A stretch of DNA of 64,000 nucleotides from contig JBHGNT010000013.1 of the NCBI GenBank assembly GCA_043228905.1, positions 10,106,001 to 10,170,000 on the forward strand, read 5' to 3'. A program made the position numbers and the translations under genes. This DNA is from Azolla caroliniana. Taxonomy: Eukaryota > Plantae > Polypodiophyta. Shown one piece after another: positions 11,936 through 25,191 of this stretch. Every line of letters starts with the position of its first letter. Position 1 is the first letter of the stretch. Under the pieces are notes generated by a model. The model did not search any database, was not told the DNA's origin, and saw nothing but the letters and a program-made list of their open reading frames with translations.

Positions 11936-13733
11936 ACATTTTATCCTTGTTACCAGCCTGCTTTTCTACCATGCATTTAAACTTACGAAAACAGTCAAAT
12001 ACTTCACTTTTCTCCTTCATGAAGTACACCCATGTCTTCCGTGAACAATCATCAATAAATGTAACATAAAATCTGCATCCACCAATAGATGCATTCTTTG
12101 TTGGTCCCCATACATCTGTATGTACCAAATCCAACAGATTTTTGCTTACATGTCTCTCATGAGGGAATGGCAACCTGTTTTGCTTACCATATTGACATGC
12201 TTCACATACTTTTCCCATTTCACACTTTTTCAAGTTCGGCAGTCCAACCACTGCATCTTTTCTCAACATATTCTTTAATGTTTGCATACTTATATGGCCA
12301 ATCCTTTTATGCCACATTTCCACATCTGAGATTACACTCGTTCCATTTGCAAACATGGCTGAAAACTGTTTGGGCATTTCTACATCCAAGATAAACATTC
12401 TTCCTTGTCTCTTCCCTTTTGCAATGAGCTTCCCATTCTTTTCTATATAGCATCCACTTTGCTTAAACTTCACTTGCATACCTTGCTCTACAATCTGTCC
12501 AACAGAAATCAGATTCTTAGCAAGGTTTGGAACATGCATCACATTCAACATATACTTGGTTTTTCCTCTTTCTTCCCACAATGGGATATCTCCAACATGT
12601 TTTATTTGGTGAGTTGTGTCATCACCTGTTTGTACATAACCAGGAACCTCTGGTTCTCTTAAACTCTCAAACCAATTTGCATGTCCAGTCATATGGTTAG
12701 ATGCCCCCGAGTCTACATACCACGTAAACTCTTCATTACATTTCTGTGAGCTTTCAGCCACTGCTGCTATCTCATGTTGCACTACAAAAACACCTTCCTT
12801 TTCACAATCTTCACTAGTAGAGGCATAGTTACTCTGTTGTCCTTTTCCTCTTTTCTCATCATTTTGTTTCTTGTAACATTCAGCCTGTGTATGGCCTGGT
12901 TTTCCACAATACCAGCAGCCATCATCATTTACATAAGTTTGCTTACCTCTACCTCGGTTGCTCCCCCTGCCTCTGTTGTTGTTTCCTCCTCTATGAGCTT
13001 GTTGTCCTCTTCCTTGAAAGCCATTATTATTGGTTCTTCCTGAGCCAAATCTTCCATGGCCTCTTCCTCGGCCTCTTCCGGCATTATTATAGAGGGCTTG
13101 CCCCTCGTTCTCTGAGTTTCCTTTATTTGCATCATCCATCTGATTCCTTTCCTCTACCACAAGCATTGAGACCAGATCTGAAAAACTTGGGATACTATCC
13201 CTTGTGAGCATAGAAGTTTTAAAACTCTTGTATTGAGGTCCTAAGCCTCTTAAGCATATTTCCACTTTGTCATCATCTTCTATCTTCACATTGATAGAAG
13301 CAAGTGATTCACATATACTCTTGATTTTCAAGGCATACTCATTTATTGACATCTTACCTTTTTCTAAGGTATTTAGCTCGGTCTTCAACTGTAGCTTTCT
13401 AGCTTTTGTGTTTACTGCAAACAGTTTTACCAAACTGTCCCAAGCTTCTTTTGGGAGCATAGCATCCTGTATGTGCCCAAGCATCGAATCTGAGATGCTA
13501 AGTGAGAGCCAATGCATTACTTTCCTTGCCCCTTGATTCCAATCTTTAAATGCCTTAATATGTGCAGTTGTTGCATTCTCTTCTGGGATCTCTGGAGCCT
13601 CTTCTAGGTCTCCTTCAATGTAATCCCAGTATCCTTTCCCCATCAGAAAGTTTGTCATTCTGAATTTCCACGCCGGGAAATTGTTTTTATCTAATTTCTC
13701 TGTGACCATTTGGCCTACATTCTCTGCAGCCAT
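11925..13733 (-). CDS. Copia D Gag-protease-integrase N-part (602 aa; ends at a 1-nt frameshift)
   Basis: CWYCGKPGHTQAEC, WYVDSGASNHM, MWHKRIGH, VHTDVWGP; removing one G in AAG-G-ATA restores KIKCLRSDGGGEY. Confidence 0.92.
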   Translation of the reverse strand: MAAENVGQMVTEKLDKNNFPAWKFRMTNFLMGKGYWDYIEGDLEEAPEIPEENATTAHIKAFKDWNQGARKVMHWLSLSISDSMLGHIQDAMLPKEAWDSLVKLFAVNTKARKLQLKTELNTLEKGKMSINEYALKIKSICESLASINVKIEDDDKVEICLRGLGPQYKSFKTSMLTRDSIPSFSDLVSMLVVEERNQMDDANKGNSENEGQALYNNAGRGRGRGHGRFGSGRTNNNGFQGRGQQAHRGGNNNRGRGSNRGRGKQTYVNDDGCWYCGKPGHTQAECYKKQNDEKRGKGQQSNYASTSEDCEKEGVFVVQHEIAAVAESSQKCNEEFTWYVDSGASNHMTGHANWFESLREPEVPGYVQTGDDTTHQIKHVGDIPLWEERGKTKYMLNVMHVPNLAKNLISVGQIVEQGMQVKFKQSGCYIEKNGKLIAKGKRQGRMFILDVEMPKQFSAMFANGTSVISDVEMWHKRIGHISMQTLKNMLRKDAVVGLPNLKKCEMGKVCEACQYGKQNRLPFPHERHVSKNLLDLVHTDVWGPTKNASIGGCRFYVTFIDDCSRKTWVYFMKEKSEVFDCFRKFKCMVEKQAGNKDKMFEI

Positions 13734-16700
13734 TTTTTTTCTTCCAAAAACCAGGGTTTTGCTTTAGTTACTTCAACAAGTAACTTTCTGATTTCTGATC
13801 AGCAACCAGAGAAATAACTTTCTCAGATTAAGGCACTGCTATACTCTTCCTTACGAGCTACTCTGCTCTGATACCATGTTAAGAAAACGTGAAGAAGGCA
13901 CTCGAGCTCTTCTTATGTGCGCGGCGGATCGTGGTGTGCTAGATCGTTTAGTGCTCAAACACAGAAGGGAAGGGGGAAGGAGACTTACCTCTGTAGCAGC
14001 CAAAAACTTCTTCTATTTCATTATGCGCAGAGCTCTACTTGCTCTCGTTTGTTTTTCTCTCTTGCTCTCACTCTCTGAGTTCTTTCTCTCTATGCTCACT
14101 ATCTCTCTCAGAGTTCTACACTCACTATTCTCTGTTTTTTCTTACTACTTACTTCCTATTCACTCACTCTTACTTTTACCTAAATCATAAGTTATTACAC
14201 ATGCAGCTAATTAGCTGCCAGTAGCTAATTAGCTGTCAGTCGCTAAATAGCTGTTCACTAGCTAATTAGCTGTCACTAGCTAAATAGCTGTTTTACCTTT
14301 TTGTTTCACTAGTAGCTAAATAGCTACTATAGCTTATTTCTCATAAGCATCACATACCATGTTGAGCTTGCTTCTCAACAGTTTACAACATCAACTGGGT
14401 GCTAGTTGTTGCTAAGAGATGTCTGACATGTTCTGGAGGTTTGGTTAAACCTGATATCAATCGGTTGGCTAGATGATGAAGGCTACACGGGTAGCATTCG
14501 GAACAGAGTCATGAAGTTCAGCAAAGGAAGCCTGATTGTGGCCCAAGCCTAGAAGATCAACACATTGTACTTGATGCATGCCCAAAATTTTCGGGAGGAA
14601 GTGAACGTGGCATCCGAAAATGCCGATGAGTTGTGGCACAAAAGGTTGTGCCACATGAGCCCGAAATGGATGCGAAGACTTGCCGAAGATAACCTCATTC
14701 CGGAGGTGAAAGACGTGCTTCTTGAGAAGTGCATTTATTGCTTGGCCGACAAACAAAACCAAACCTCATTTTGGTCGAGACCACCGTCGAGATGGAATGC
14801 ACCGCTGGAACTTGTGCATACCGACGTATGCCAAGTGGACATGAAGTCACATGCTGGATTGCACTACTTCGTGACGTTCATAGACGACCACAACCGGAAG
14901 CTATGGGTTTCACCGCTGAAGACAGAGGATCAGGTATTGTCTGTTTTCAAGGACTTCCATGCAAGAGTGGAAAGGGAAACCGGCCCGAAGTTGAAGGTGG
15001 TTCGAGTGGACAACACAGGAGAATACCGGGGGCAGTTCAATGAGTACTGCTAGTCAAAGGGAATCCGGCTCGAATTCACTGTGCTGAAGACACTAGAGCT
15101 GAATGGAGTGGCGGAAAGGATGAACTGGACCGTAATGGAGAGAGTCTGGAGCATGTTGGCACATGCTAAACTGTCCAAGACATTTTGGGTTGAGGCGCTG
15201 ATGATGACGATGTACGTGATTAACAGATCATCCTCAACACCCTTGGATTGAGACACACCACAAAGAGTATGGACTGGTAAAGATGTGTCTTTCCGGCAAC
15301 TGATGGTGTTCGGTTGTCTCACCTACGTGCATGTTGCAAAGGACAAGAGAGAGAAATTGGATTCGAAGCCCCGTCCATGCATATTCCTTGGATACGGCGA
15401 TGATGAGTTCGGGTACCGAGTGTGGGACATGGTCGACAAGAAGGTGTTCCGGAGTCGAGACACCATTTTCATGGAAGACAAGACTATTGCCAACTGGTAG
15501 TCAGAGAAGAAGATAGTGCACTCCGGGTTGACTGACAAAGATCTGTTGGAAGATGCTAGGACACATCTGGTTGGAGATGCTAGATGTAAATTGAAGACCA
15601 TGATGAACCGGTTGGATTCAGATAAAGAACCAGACCAACTGAAGAAGAATCAGATACTAGAACTGGACAAGACCCCGAATCGGATTCAGATGAAGAACAA
15701 ATAGAGGAACCGGTGGCCGAAGACCAAGGAAGAAGATATCCCCTTAGGGAGAGAAGAGGCCCCCCAGAGATTTCCGGATGTAGAGCATGTGTTGCTGGCC
15801 AACGAGGGGGAACTAGAAAGTTTCGAAGAAGCAAAGAAAGACACCCACAACCGCAAGTGGTTAAGTGCCATGCAGGATGAGATGGATTCCCTGCATGAGA
15901 ACCACACATATGAATTGACAGAGCATCCGAAAAGAAACAGAGCTCTTCGAAACAAGTGGGTGTACAAGCTAAACCCTGGAGACGCAAGAAATCTAGCGAG
16001 GTACAAAGCCTGGATTGTGGTGAAGGGGTTTCAACATAAGAAAGGAGTGGATTTCGATGAGATCTTTGCCCTGGTAGTAAAGATGACATCCATCTGGACT
16101 GCGTTGAGCATAACTGCAAGCATGGACCTCAAGGTTGAGCAGCTAGACATCAAGACGACATTCTTGCACGGTGACCTCGAAGAAGCGATCTACATGCAAC
16201 AGACGGAGGGGTTTGTTAAGAAAAGGGAAGGAGCATCCAATATGCCAATTGAGGAAGAGCTTGTATGGACTGAAGCAAGCTCCCTGGCAATAGTACCAGA
16301 AGTTTGACTCCTTCATGACCGACGAGGGATGCCACAAGACAAAAGCCGACCATTGTGTATTTATGAAGAAGTTTAACGGAGGAGACTTCTAGATATTGCT
16401 GTTGTATGTGGATGATATGCTAATCGTCGGACTAGACCAAATCAAAATTAGAAATATGAAGAAGCCCTTGAACCGAACCTTCTCAATGAAAGATCTAGGT
16501 CCGACGAGATAGATATTGGGGATGCACATAGTCTAGGACCGGATGAAGAAGCTATTGTGGTTGTCACAGGAGAAGTACGTGACAAAGGTGCTTCAATGGT
16601 TCAACATGATGGATGCGAAGCTGGTCAAGATGACACTTCCTACAAACTGCAAGTTGTTTGGAAAGCAAAGTCCGAAGACCAAGATGGAGAAGTTAGAGAT

Positions 16701-17230
16701 GATAAAGATACCATACGTTGTCGTGAAGATTTTCGGCAATGGTGTGAAAATCACATAAAACATACAAAATCGAGTGTGAATCACATAAAACAATAATAGT
16801 GAAGTATCTAAGTACAAAATGATGGAGGTTTTCAAGAGCTTTCGAATGCACTTTATTACACGAGAAACGGACAACTAGATGTCAAGATATGAGGGTATAA
16901 AGTTTGTGAAAGGAAAAGAGAAAATTGTGAGATATCTCACATAGGCACGACAAATACGGCTCTTATCATATATAAGGTAGAGCAAAAGTTATTATCTTTG
17001 TGTCTATGTGTGGAGCATAGAGAGTTCAAAGTAACTTGAACTAAGAGTGGAGGTGGCCTAGCTACTTGTAAAGGTTTTGGCCAACCAAAACCGGACCGAC
17101 GATGGAGCCCGTGATCCGGCGGCAGCCGGCAAAGCGACGGTGGCGCACCGGCATCTGGCGGCAACTGGCGAGGCGGCAACCAACGACCAAAATAATAAAT
17201 AAATATCACATATATATATACACAAGGAGG

Positions 17231-17295
17231 GCAAGTGAGGATTCAAACCTTGCACCTCCTAGTTAAGAGTCAATAGGCTTACCATTAAGCCATGA
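17231..17295 (-). promoter_or_regulatory. tRNA-like Pol III A/B-box module inside LTR E (also 54244-54310 and 60737-60804)
   Basis: Minus strand TGGCTTAATGG...GGTT(C/T)GAATCC with tRNA spacing and a D-stem GGCTT/AAGCC. Confidence 0.7.
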
Positions 17296-17715
17296 CATTT
17301 AGTTGAGTTTATATTTCTATCATTGTAGTTTTAGATGGAAATTCTCATACATGAGAGCTAAAATGAGTGACATGGTTATCATGCACCACATGTAATACAT
17401 GAGCGCCAAATGACAAACATGCATTTTATGTATGTCTTGTACCCTCAAATGCATCATATGCATGAGAGCATCTATAAAAGAAGGGATGAAAAAGAAGAAG
17501 GGTTAGGCTTTTTTTGGTTATGAAATTAAGAAGAAGAGAATTCGTTATCAAATTGATTGTCTAACTTGTTTCTTAAATCTAAAATCAAGAGTTCAATCTT
17601 AATCTCTCTTTCAATCTAGCTTAAATACTTTCTCGCTAAAGCTTGCGCCAACTTCAAGTCCTTCCGGTCCAGAACCCCGGCGGTTCCGCCTCATGATCCG
17701 CACGACATAATTAAG

Positions 17716-17733
17716 TGGTGAACCCGACGTGAA
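17716..17733 (+). promoter_or_regulatory. Primer binding site complementary to tRNA-Trp
   Basis: TGGTGAACCCGACGTGAA is the reverse complement of the plant tRNA-Trp 3' end TTCACGTCGGGTTCACCA (recalled sequence). Confidence 0.85.
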
Positions 17734-18914
17734 AGAGGCGGTAGGAAGGATCAAGCCGAGATTAATACTTGGAGATGGCGTCCTTAAGCAACCAAGCGGG
17801 AGAGCTCGAAAGGATGATGCTAATTGTCGAGCAAATGATGAGATCTCGGGACAACGACGCGAGCGTGGAGAAGGCTGTCGATCGTGTCGTAGAGCTCAAG
17901 GGCCAATTCGATGGAAGGAACGTTATGAAGTTCCTTGATGCATATAGAAGGGAGATGAATCAGAGGGACGTGTCCGAAGCACGTCAAATCGCAAGCTTCA
18001 AGAGAGTTGTCGCCAACAACGTTCAAAGACGTGTCATCGAACTTCAAGAAGGTAAGACAACATGGTTCGAGTTCGAGAAAATGATATTAACGGAGTTCGC
18101 AACTGAAGACTCAACAAGGATGACTTGACATGCCCTGATGAAGTGGATAGAGAAGAAGAATAAGAAGATGAGTGCCTCGAGGGTGTACGATGAATTCGAC
18201 CGGATGTTTGGCCGTCTCCCCAACATCGATCAAGTGCTACTTGAAGAGGACAAGACTTTGTACTTCTTGAAGGCCGTGGACATGAAGGATAGACGGGAGT
18301 TGGGGACTCTTCTCGAAGATGATACCCAAGCGAACGGGCTTGTGGCGGACTGGGTTGCGGTAAAGCGAGCATGCATTAGGCTCGACAAGCGTCGTCAGTG
18401 GGTTGATGACACCGACTTGGCGGGATCGATTGTTGCGGAGAAAACAAGACAACCGAAAGTAGCTGAGCCGCCCAAACAAAGTAGTCCGGAAGAAAAGAAG
18501 ATTGACGACAACATCATCGAAGAACTGGCAAAGAAGTTTGAGGCGGTCACGCTAGCCAACATGAATCATCGGGGGCCCAAAGGAAAAGAACCCTTTAGAT
18601 GCGTGTGGTGCGATAACATGGACCACATGAGAAGGGATTGCGCGAGCCTTCGAGAGGCGATCCGACAAAATATCGTGTACATAGATGACAACATGATCTG
18701 CTCGAGCGAGACTAGAAGACCCCTGTGGGTGAATTTCGGAAGAGGAGGAATGAAGAAAACTATGGAGGATGCCGATGCGACTCATGTGGATGCGATGCAC
18801 TATGCTGCGTCGGCCGGAATAAGAGTTGGGAAAGACAGAAATGAAGCTACGGAAGTGGGAGCCAAATTTTGGTCTTCCGTTCTCGAGTATGAGAAGAGGG
18901 GGAAGGTCACAACA

Positions 18915-20373
18915 TGGTAAACCAATAGCATTCGAGACTAAGAAACTTGATTCTGCTCAATGTCGGTATACCATTCAAGAAAATGAATTATTTGCAGTTA
19001 TACATGTGCTCAAAACATGGCGCCATTATCTTTATGGAAATCGCTTTGTGGTAACTATGGACCACGAGTCCTTGAAATATTTTTGTGACCAACAAGACCT
19101 GAAAGGTCGTAAGGTACGATGGGCTTATCTCATCCAGGACTTTGATTTTTCCATACAATATCGTAAAGGATCCATGAACACTGTCATTGATGACTAAGTC
19201 GCATCCGTGAAGTTAACATGCTTAGCTTCACTGAAATATCATCAGATCTTCATGATCACCTTCGAGGAAAGTATCCTGATGACAATTATTTTGCGAAATA
19301 CTGGGCAAGAGTTGAGTCTGGAACAGACACCACCACATCCTTGAAGGAATACTTCCACATTGCTAACGGTCTACTCTACCGTAATGGGAAGGTTTGTGTT
19401 CTAGATTTGCTTGAGGTCAAAAAGAGAATTCTTTTTTAATGCCATGATGCACCCTCAGCAAGGCACCCTGGAATACATCATACACTTGTTCTCATCTCCA
19501 CTCAATTCTATTGGCCTAAGATGCGCCTTGACATACATAGTTATGTGACTAAATGTCACCAATGTCAGGTTAACAAAGTCGAGAGACTTAAAGCCACAGG
19601 ACTTTTACATCCCTTGGACATTCCCAATAATAAGTTGGAAAGTATATCCATGGATTTTATTGTTAGCCTTCCTCGCACCCAAAAAGGCCATGTTTGCATT
19701 TGGGGTGTGGTTGATAGACTAACTAAAATGGCCATATTTATTGCTACTAAAACCACGGTAACAACTCCTGAATTGGCTTACCAATTCGTTGACGAGTTAT
19801 TTCGTTTTTATGGGTTACCGACGGATATCGTGAGTGATCAAGATCCAAAGTTTACTAGTGACTTCTAGACGCAAGTCTTCAAGAAGTTACAAACTACATT
19901 CAACATGAGCTCCATGGATCATCCTCAATCGATGGACAAACAGAACGAGTAAATCAAATTATTGAGGACATGCTTCAAGCATACGTTGGTGCAAAACCAA
20001 TAAAATGGGAACGTTATCTCCCAATTTTGGAGTTTGCTTCTAACAGCTCCAAGCATACGTCGATGTGAACTTGCTTGGGGCCCTTGGGTATCGCTATAAA
20101 TAAGAGTCCTAGCTACCCTCATTTGATTATCTGGTTCACTACGTCGAGACTCTGTCTTGTGGTGGGTCAACTTTTGTAGCGAGCGCGCCAACACCAGGTA
20201 CGACTCGACGCCATGGCGGTGGTATGCGACGCCAAATGAGGCTCGAGTCCATCTAGATCCCTTCGCTCGGGGGTGGTCGGGTGGATCGGCACCCTTCTTT
20301 TGCTCCCTCCTTTCTATTTATCTATCTATATTCTATCCTTATCTAATGCTTACATTAGTCTATGTCTCTAATA
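18915..20373 (+). mobile_element. Fragment of chromovirus family G (RNase H-integrase) fused to a partial LTR (20064-20373)
   Basis: KPIAFETKKL, ISMDFIVSLPRTQKGH; 20064-20373 is the reverse complement of about 22679-22978. Confidence 0.88.
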
Positions 20374-21406
20374 ATTACCAATTCCAAGCAAGCCGTGGCA
20401 ATCCATTGCTCTAGATTTCATCACAGATCTTCCGGTCTCTAAGGGATTCGATGCGATCTTAACAGTAGTAGATCGATATACGAAGATGGCCCATTTCCTG
20501 CCATGTACTAAGGAAATCTCCAGTTAAGAAACTGCCGAAACTGTCATGCGTGAAGTATGTCGGCATCATGGCCTTCCCGATAGTATCATCAGCGACCATG
20601 GACCCCAATTCATCTCGAAATTCTGGAAGCACCTCTTGAAAATGCTCAAGGTCACTTGTAACCTCTCCTCCGGCTAGTACCCGCTAACAGACGTCCAAAC
20701 AGAATGAACAAATCAAACGCTGGAGCAGTAGCTTCGGTGCTTTCGAAGCTATCATCAAGATGGCTGGGCGGATATTCTCCTTCCGAATTTGCATATAATA
20801 ACTCTGTCCACTCATCGACAAAGGTTACACCATTTTCTACTTATACAGGCTGCCACCCCCGATGGTGTGTATTTGAAACCCCAGAGTTACCCACAAATCC
20901 TTGTGCAAAGGATCGTTTGGAGCGGTTATGCAAGATACAAGCGGATTTATCTACTCATCTACAACAATCTCAACAAACACATAAGGTTTACGCGGATCTT
21001 CATCGGCTTCCATCCAGTTTTAACATTGGAGATCGGGTATGGCTACTACGATGACACATCAAGACTACTCGCCCATGTGAGAAGTTGGATTATCGGCGAT
21101 TAGGTCATTTCTGTATTATTGGAAAAATGAATGATGTAGCTTTTCGTCTCGATCTACCTCCACAACTTCGGATACATCCGGTGTTTCATAGTTCTCTCCT
21201 AGAACCCTATCAAGACAACACCATGCCAGGTCGTATTAAACAACCTCCACCCCCGATCGAACTTGAAGATGGACCTGAGTACGAGGTTGCCACCTTCCTT
21301 GATTCCAAGATTGTTCTCAACAAGCTCTACTATTTAGTTGATTGGCTAGGATATAGTTCCAGTGAGCGTACTTGCGAACCAATAGAGAATGTGACCAATG
21401 CTCATG

Positions 21407-22146
21407 CTCTTCTTGAAGACTTCCATAGTCAATATCCAGACAAACTGTCCTCAATCCAAAACGACTCGTGACACTCGTCATTTTGAAGGGAGGATAGTGT
21501 CATGATATGGCAAGACTTGAACCCATGAGCTTATGTTACATGGGTCAAGTTCTTGACCATTAGACTATATGTTGTAATACGAAGGATATTATTTTCATTT
21601 ATATTTAACTATAGAAAATTGATGTATATTCCAAATTTCTGTGAAACATTCTAGAAACTTTAGGAGTACTCCTGAGAACACTATAAAAGGAGGCACAAGG
21701 CATTATTTCGAACCAAATTGGTTCAATGCTAGTCTTAAGCCTCCTAGCTACTATTGTATATTCTCTTCTTGAAGACTTCCATAGTCAATATTCAGACAAA
21801 CCGTCCTCAATCCAAAACGACTCGTGACACTCGTCGTTTTGAAAGGAGGATAGTGTCATGATATGGCAAGACTTGAACCCATGAACTTATGTTACATGGG
21901 TCAAGTTCTTGACCATTAGACTATATGTTGTAATACGAAGGATATTATTTTCATTTAAGTTTTACTATAGAAAAATTGATGTATATTCCAAATTTCTTTG
22001 GAACATTCGAGAAACTTTAGGAGTACTCCTGAGAACACTATAAAAGGAGGCACAAGGCATTATTTCGAACCAATTAAAGCATTATTTCGAACCAAATTGG
22101 TTCAATGCTAGTCTTAAGCCTCCTAGCTACTATTGTATATTCTCTT
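21407..22146 (+). repeat. 356-bp direct tandem duplication spanning pol end, PPT and LTR 5' part
   Basis: Unit starts ctcttcttgaagac at 21407 and 21763; CTCTT microhomology at the junction. Confidence 0.9.
21507..21572 (-). promoter_or_regulatory. tRNA-like A/B-box module in LTR M (second copy about 21863-21928)
   Basis: Minus strand TAGTCTAATGG...GGGTTCAAGTCT. Confidence 0.55.
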
Positions 22147-22389
22147 AATATAATATATATCTTTTGTTATCATCATTTTCTCTCTCTTTCTTTCACTCTC
22201 ACTCACTCTTTCCTTCTCTCGAGAGTTCTACACCTCCCTTAGTATTAATCCTCATCTTTTAGTACTAATTCCTTCTTTGTCTTAGTATTGTTCCTAACAA
22301 TACTTCTCTGTCCTAGTACTGTTCTTGAGACCTATCCATTATCCGTTCCGGATACCGATCCGTCTCCGGCTTTTTCAATCGATCCAGAT

Positions 22390-22678
22390 CTGGTTGAGCT
22401 TGTCCACTCAACACTGTTTAATATGAAGATGAGAGAGTCGGACCCAACGACCTCCCTCATCAACACCTTCAGACAAGTGTTTTCTGAACTCTCCTCCCAA
22501 GGGATCAACTTCAAGGAAGAAGTCGAGGAAGAAGTGAAAGTCCTTGCCCCCCTATCGAGCTTGTTGGCGAGTTGGGAAGTTTTCTGCATGACATTCACCA
22601 ACAACTATCCAAATCTCAACTTGTACGAGAGAATTGGTCAAGTTCTCAAAGAGAACATGAAGATCAAAGAAGGACGAT
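22390..22678. pseudogene. Short Copia gag relics (plus-strand piece, then ~25 bp of minus-strand element K gag)
   Basis: LFNMKMRE...LSSLLASWEVF UBN2-like motif; minus-strand SFFDL continues the K gag across element G. Confidence 0.55.
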
Positions 22679-23110
22679 TGTTAGAGACATGAACTAATGT
22701 AAGCACAAAATAAGGATAAAAGATAGATCTAGATAGAAAGGAGAGAGAGAAAGAAGGGTGTCGATCCACCCGACCACCCCCGAGCGAAGGGATCGAGACG
22801 GTATCGAGCCTCGATCAACAAGCCATACCACCGCCGTGACGTCGAGTCGTACTTGGTGCTGGCGCGCTCGCTACAAGAGTTGACCCACCACAAGATAGAG
22901 TCTCGATGTAGTCAACAAGATGATCAAATCAGGCCTCTTATTTATAGCGATACCCAAGGCCCCTAGGCAAGTTTACACTTGGCCTAATGGGTTGTCTCAA
23001 TCCCGAGGATTAAAAGTAATCCTCCCCTTCTTGGCACTCTCATTTAACCCTCACAATTATCCACGTATATAAAATACTACGGTAAATTCTCACCACGGGA
23101 TATTATATGG

Positions 23111-23527
23111 TCATGCCCGTAACATACTCCCTCTCTTTAAAACATTGCACTCTTGCAATGGAAAGTTAGGGAATTTAGTTCTGAGAGTATTTTCGCGTTC
23201 CCATGTGGCATCTTTTATTGATTTATCCATCCATTTTATTTTAAATTCTCGGATTTCTTTAGTACGTAATTTATTTGTTTTAACATCGAGAATTCTTTCT
23301 GGTACATGTGGTTTAGAAGATAATTCTTTAGAAGTAACCAGAGTTTCAGTTGTAACTATATTGTCACCAGAACCTAGAAGTTCTTTTAGACGATTCACAT
23401 GAAAAACTGGATGAATTTCAACACCATCGGGAAGAGCGAGACAATAGGCTGATGCCCCAATGCGTTTGAGGATTGTAAAAGGTCCATAAAATCGTGGGGC
23501 TAACTTAGCGTAATTAGCCTTAGACAA
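23111..23527 (-). pseudogene. Element G integrase C-terminus with chromodomain
   Basis: LAPRFYGPF, IHPVFHV, PERILD...IKW...DATWE. Confidence 0.88.
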
Positions 23528-25191
23528 TATCTTAGAATTGTGAGGTACATGTAAAAATACCTTCTATCTAGGGTTGAATACACGAGGTTGCCTATGATGA
23601 TCGGCATTAAAACGCGCTCTATCTTGAGTTGTTTTTATATTATCTCGTGCAATGTGCAACATATCTTGCATATCCCGAAGAAAGTTTTGCGTACTTCGCA
23701 ACTCATCATGATGTATATTAACATCAATCGGGACTCGTGGCTGAAAACCATTCATCAACATAAAAGGACTATATCTCGTCAATGTATGCTTGGAGCTATT
23801 ATAAGCAAACTCCAAAATTGGGAGATAACGTTCCCATTTTGTTGTTTTTGCACCAACGTATGCTCGAAGCATGTCCTCAATAATTTGATTTACTCGTTCT
23901 GTTTGTCCATCGGATTGAAGATGATCCGTGGAGCTCATGCTCAATGTAGTTTGTAACTTCTTGAAGACTTGCGTCTAGAAGTCACTAGTAAACTTTGGAT
24001 CTCGATCACTCACGATATCCATCGGTAACCCATAAAAACGAAATAACTCGTCAACGAATTGGTAAGCCAATTCAGGAGTTGTTACCGTGGTTTTAGTAGC
24101 AATAAATCGGGCCATTTTAGTTAGTCTATTAACCACAACATAGATGGCATCATGGCCTTTTTGGGTGCGAGGAAGGCTAACAATAAAATCCATGGATATA
24201 CTTTACCACTTATTACTCTCGAATGCTATTGGTTTACCATCTTGATATAAGATAGCACCTATAGCATAATCGCTTGCATCGGTTTCAACCTCAAAAGGTT
24301 TTGAAGGATCAGGTAAAAGAAGTGAAGGAGCCTTGCACACCAGGTCCTTGAGTTCCTTAAAGGCGAGGTCTAGTGCAGCATTCCAAACAATAGGTTTTGT
24401 AGACTTACATGTTTGACCTTTTAGAAGATCAGTAAACAACGTTGTCAATTGGGAGTAATTATGAAGGGATTTTCGCAAAAACCTGACAAAACCAAGGAAT
24501 GCTCGAACTTCTCGAATATTCCGAAGAGTGGGCCAAAGCTTGATTTTCTCAATGCGAGAAGGATCAATTTCAACTCCTTGTTCGGTTATGAAATGTCAAA
24601 GATAAGTAATTGATTTCTTGAAGAACTCACATTTTGAGATCTTCGCATAAAACTGTTTGTCACGCAATGTTTGTAAAACAAAGCGGACATGTTTAACATG
24701 TTCTTGTAATGTACGGCTATAAACTAAAATATCATCCAAGAAAATAACGACAAATTTTCGAAGTTGTTCTCGGAAAATGTCATTCATTTCTTGTTGAAAT
24801 GTAGCCGGAGCATTGGTCAAACCAAAAGGCATAACCAAAAACTCATAATGGCCATAGCGCTTATGAAATGCCGTTTTAGGAACATCATCCTCACTTATAC
24901 GAATTTGATGGTAGCCAGTACGGAGATCAAGTTTCGTAAAATACCGAGCTCCCTAGAGACGGTCAATTAGATCATCAGCTCGGGGCAATGGATACGAATT
25001 CTTGATCGTCACTTTATTCAAGCGTCGGTAATTAATACACATACGCCATGTGCCCTCTTTCTTTTAAACCAAGAGAACTGGTGCACCCCATGGAGATTTA
25101 CTATAACGTATATAACCCATTCGTAAATAGTCCTTGAGTTGCTTAGATACCTCATCCTCTTCGGATCGACTTAAGCGATAAGGAGGTATAC

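Larger units (their letters stand above)
10120..14380 (-). mobile_element. Young Copia D (4261 bp) lacking RT and most of RNase H
   Basis: LTRs 10120-10642 and 13877-14380, perfect TSD GTTTA (10115-10119, 14381-14385), PBS TGGTATCAGAGC 13865-13876, PPT AGGGGGAG 10643-10650. Confidence 0.97.
8626..16718 (+). mobile_element. Decayed Copia C (Tork-like, related to A), interrupted by D and truncated by E
   Basis: LTR 8626-9052 (TGTTGGGAA...TTCCTCACA), PBS TGGTATCAAAGC at 9056, broken gag-PR-INT-RT pieces 9112-16718. Confidence 0.9.
16719..18915 (+). mobile_element. Ty3/Gypsy element E (non-chromovirus, possibly Phygy-like): 5' LTR, PBS and gag, 3'-truncated
   Basis: LTR 16719-17707 TGTCGTG...CACGACA; gag pieces 17769-18920 with CVWCDNMDHMRRDC. 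Confidence 0.85.
20374..22299 (+). mobile_element. 3' part of Tcn1-like chromovirus M: integrase, chromodomain, PPT, LTR (right end approximate)
   Basis: IHPVFHSSLL, EYEVATFLDSK...YLVDWLGY chromodomain (21085-21471); PPT GAAGGGAGGATAG then TGTCATG at 21498 and 21854. Confidence 0.85.

Noticed and set aside
11925-11950. Programmed ribosomal frameshift in D
   Set aside because: It falls mid-integrase with no slippery heptamer; a single inserted G explains it (mutation or sequencing error)
10110-14224. Hydrophobic ORFs (107 and 104 aa) as env-like genes
   Set aside because: They lie within the CT-rich LTR, antisense to element D, and reflect low-complexity sequence
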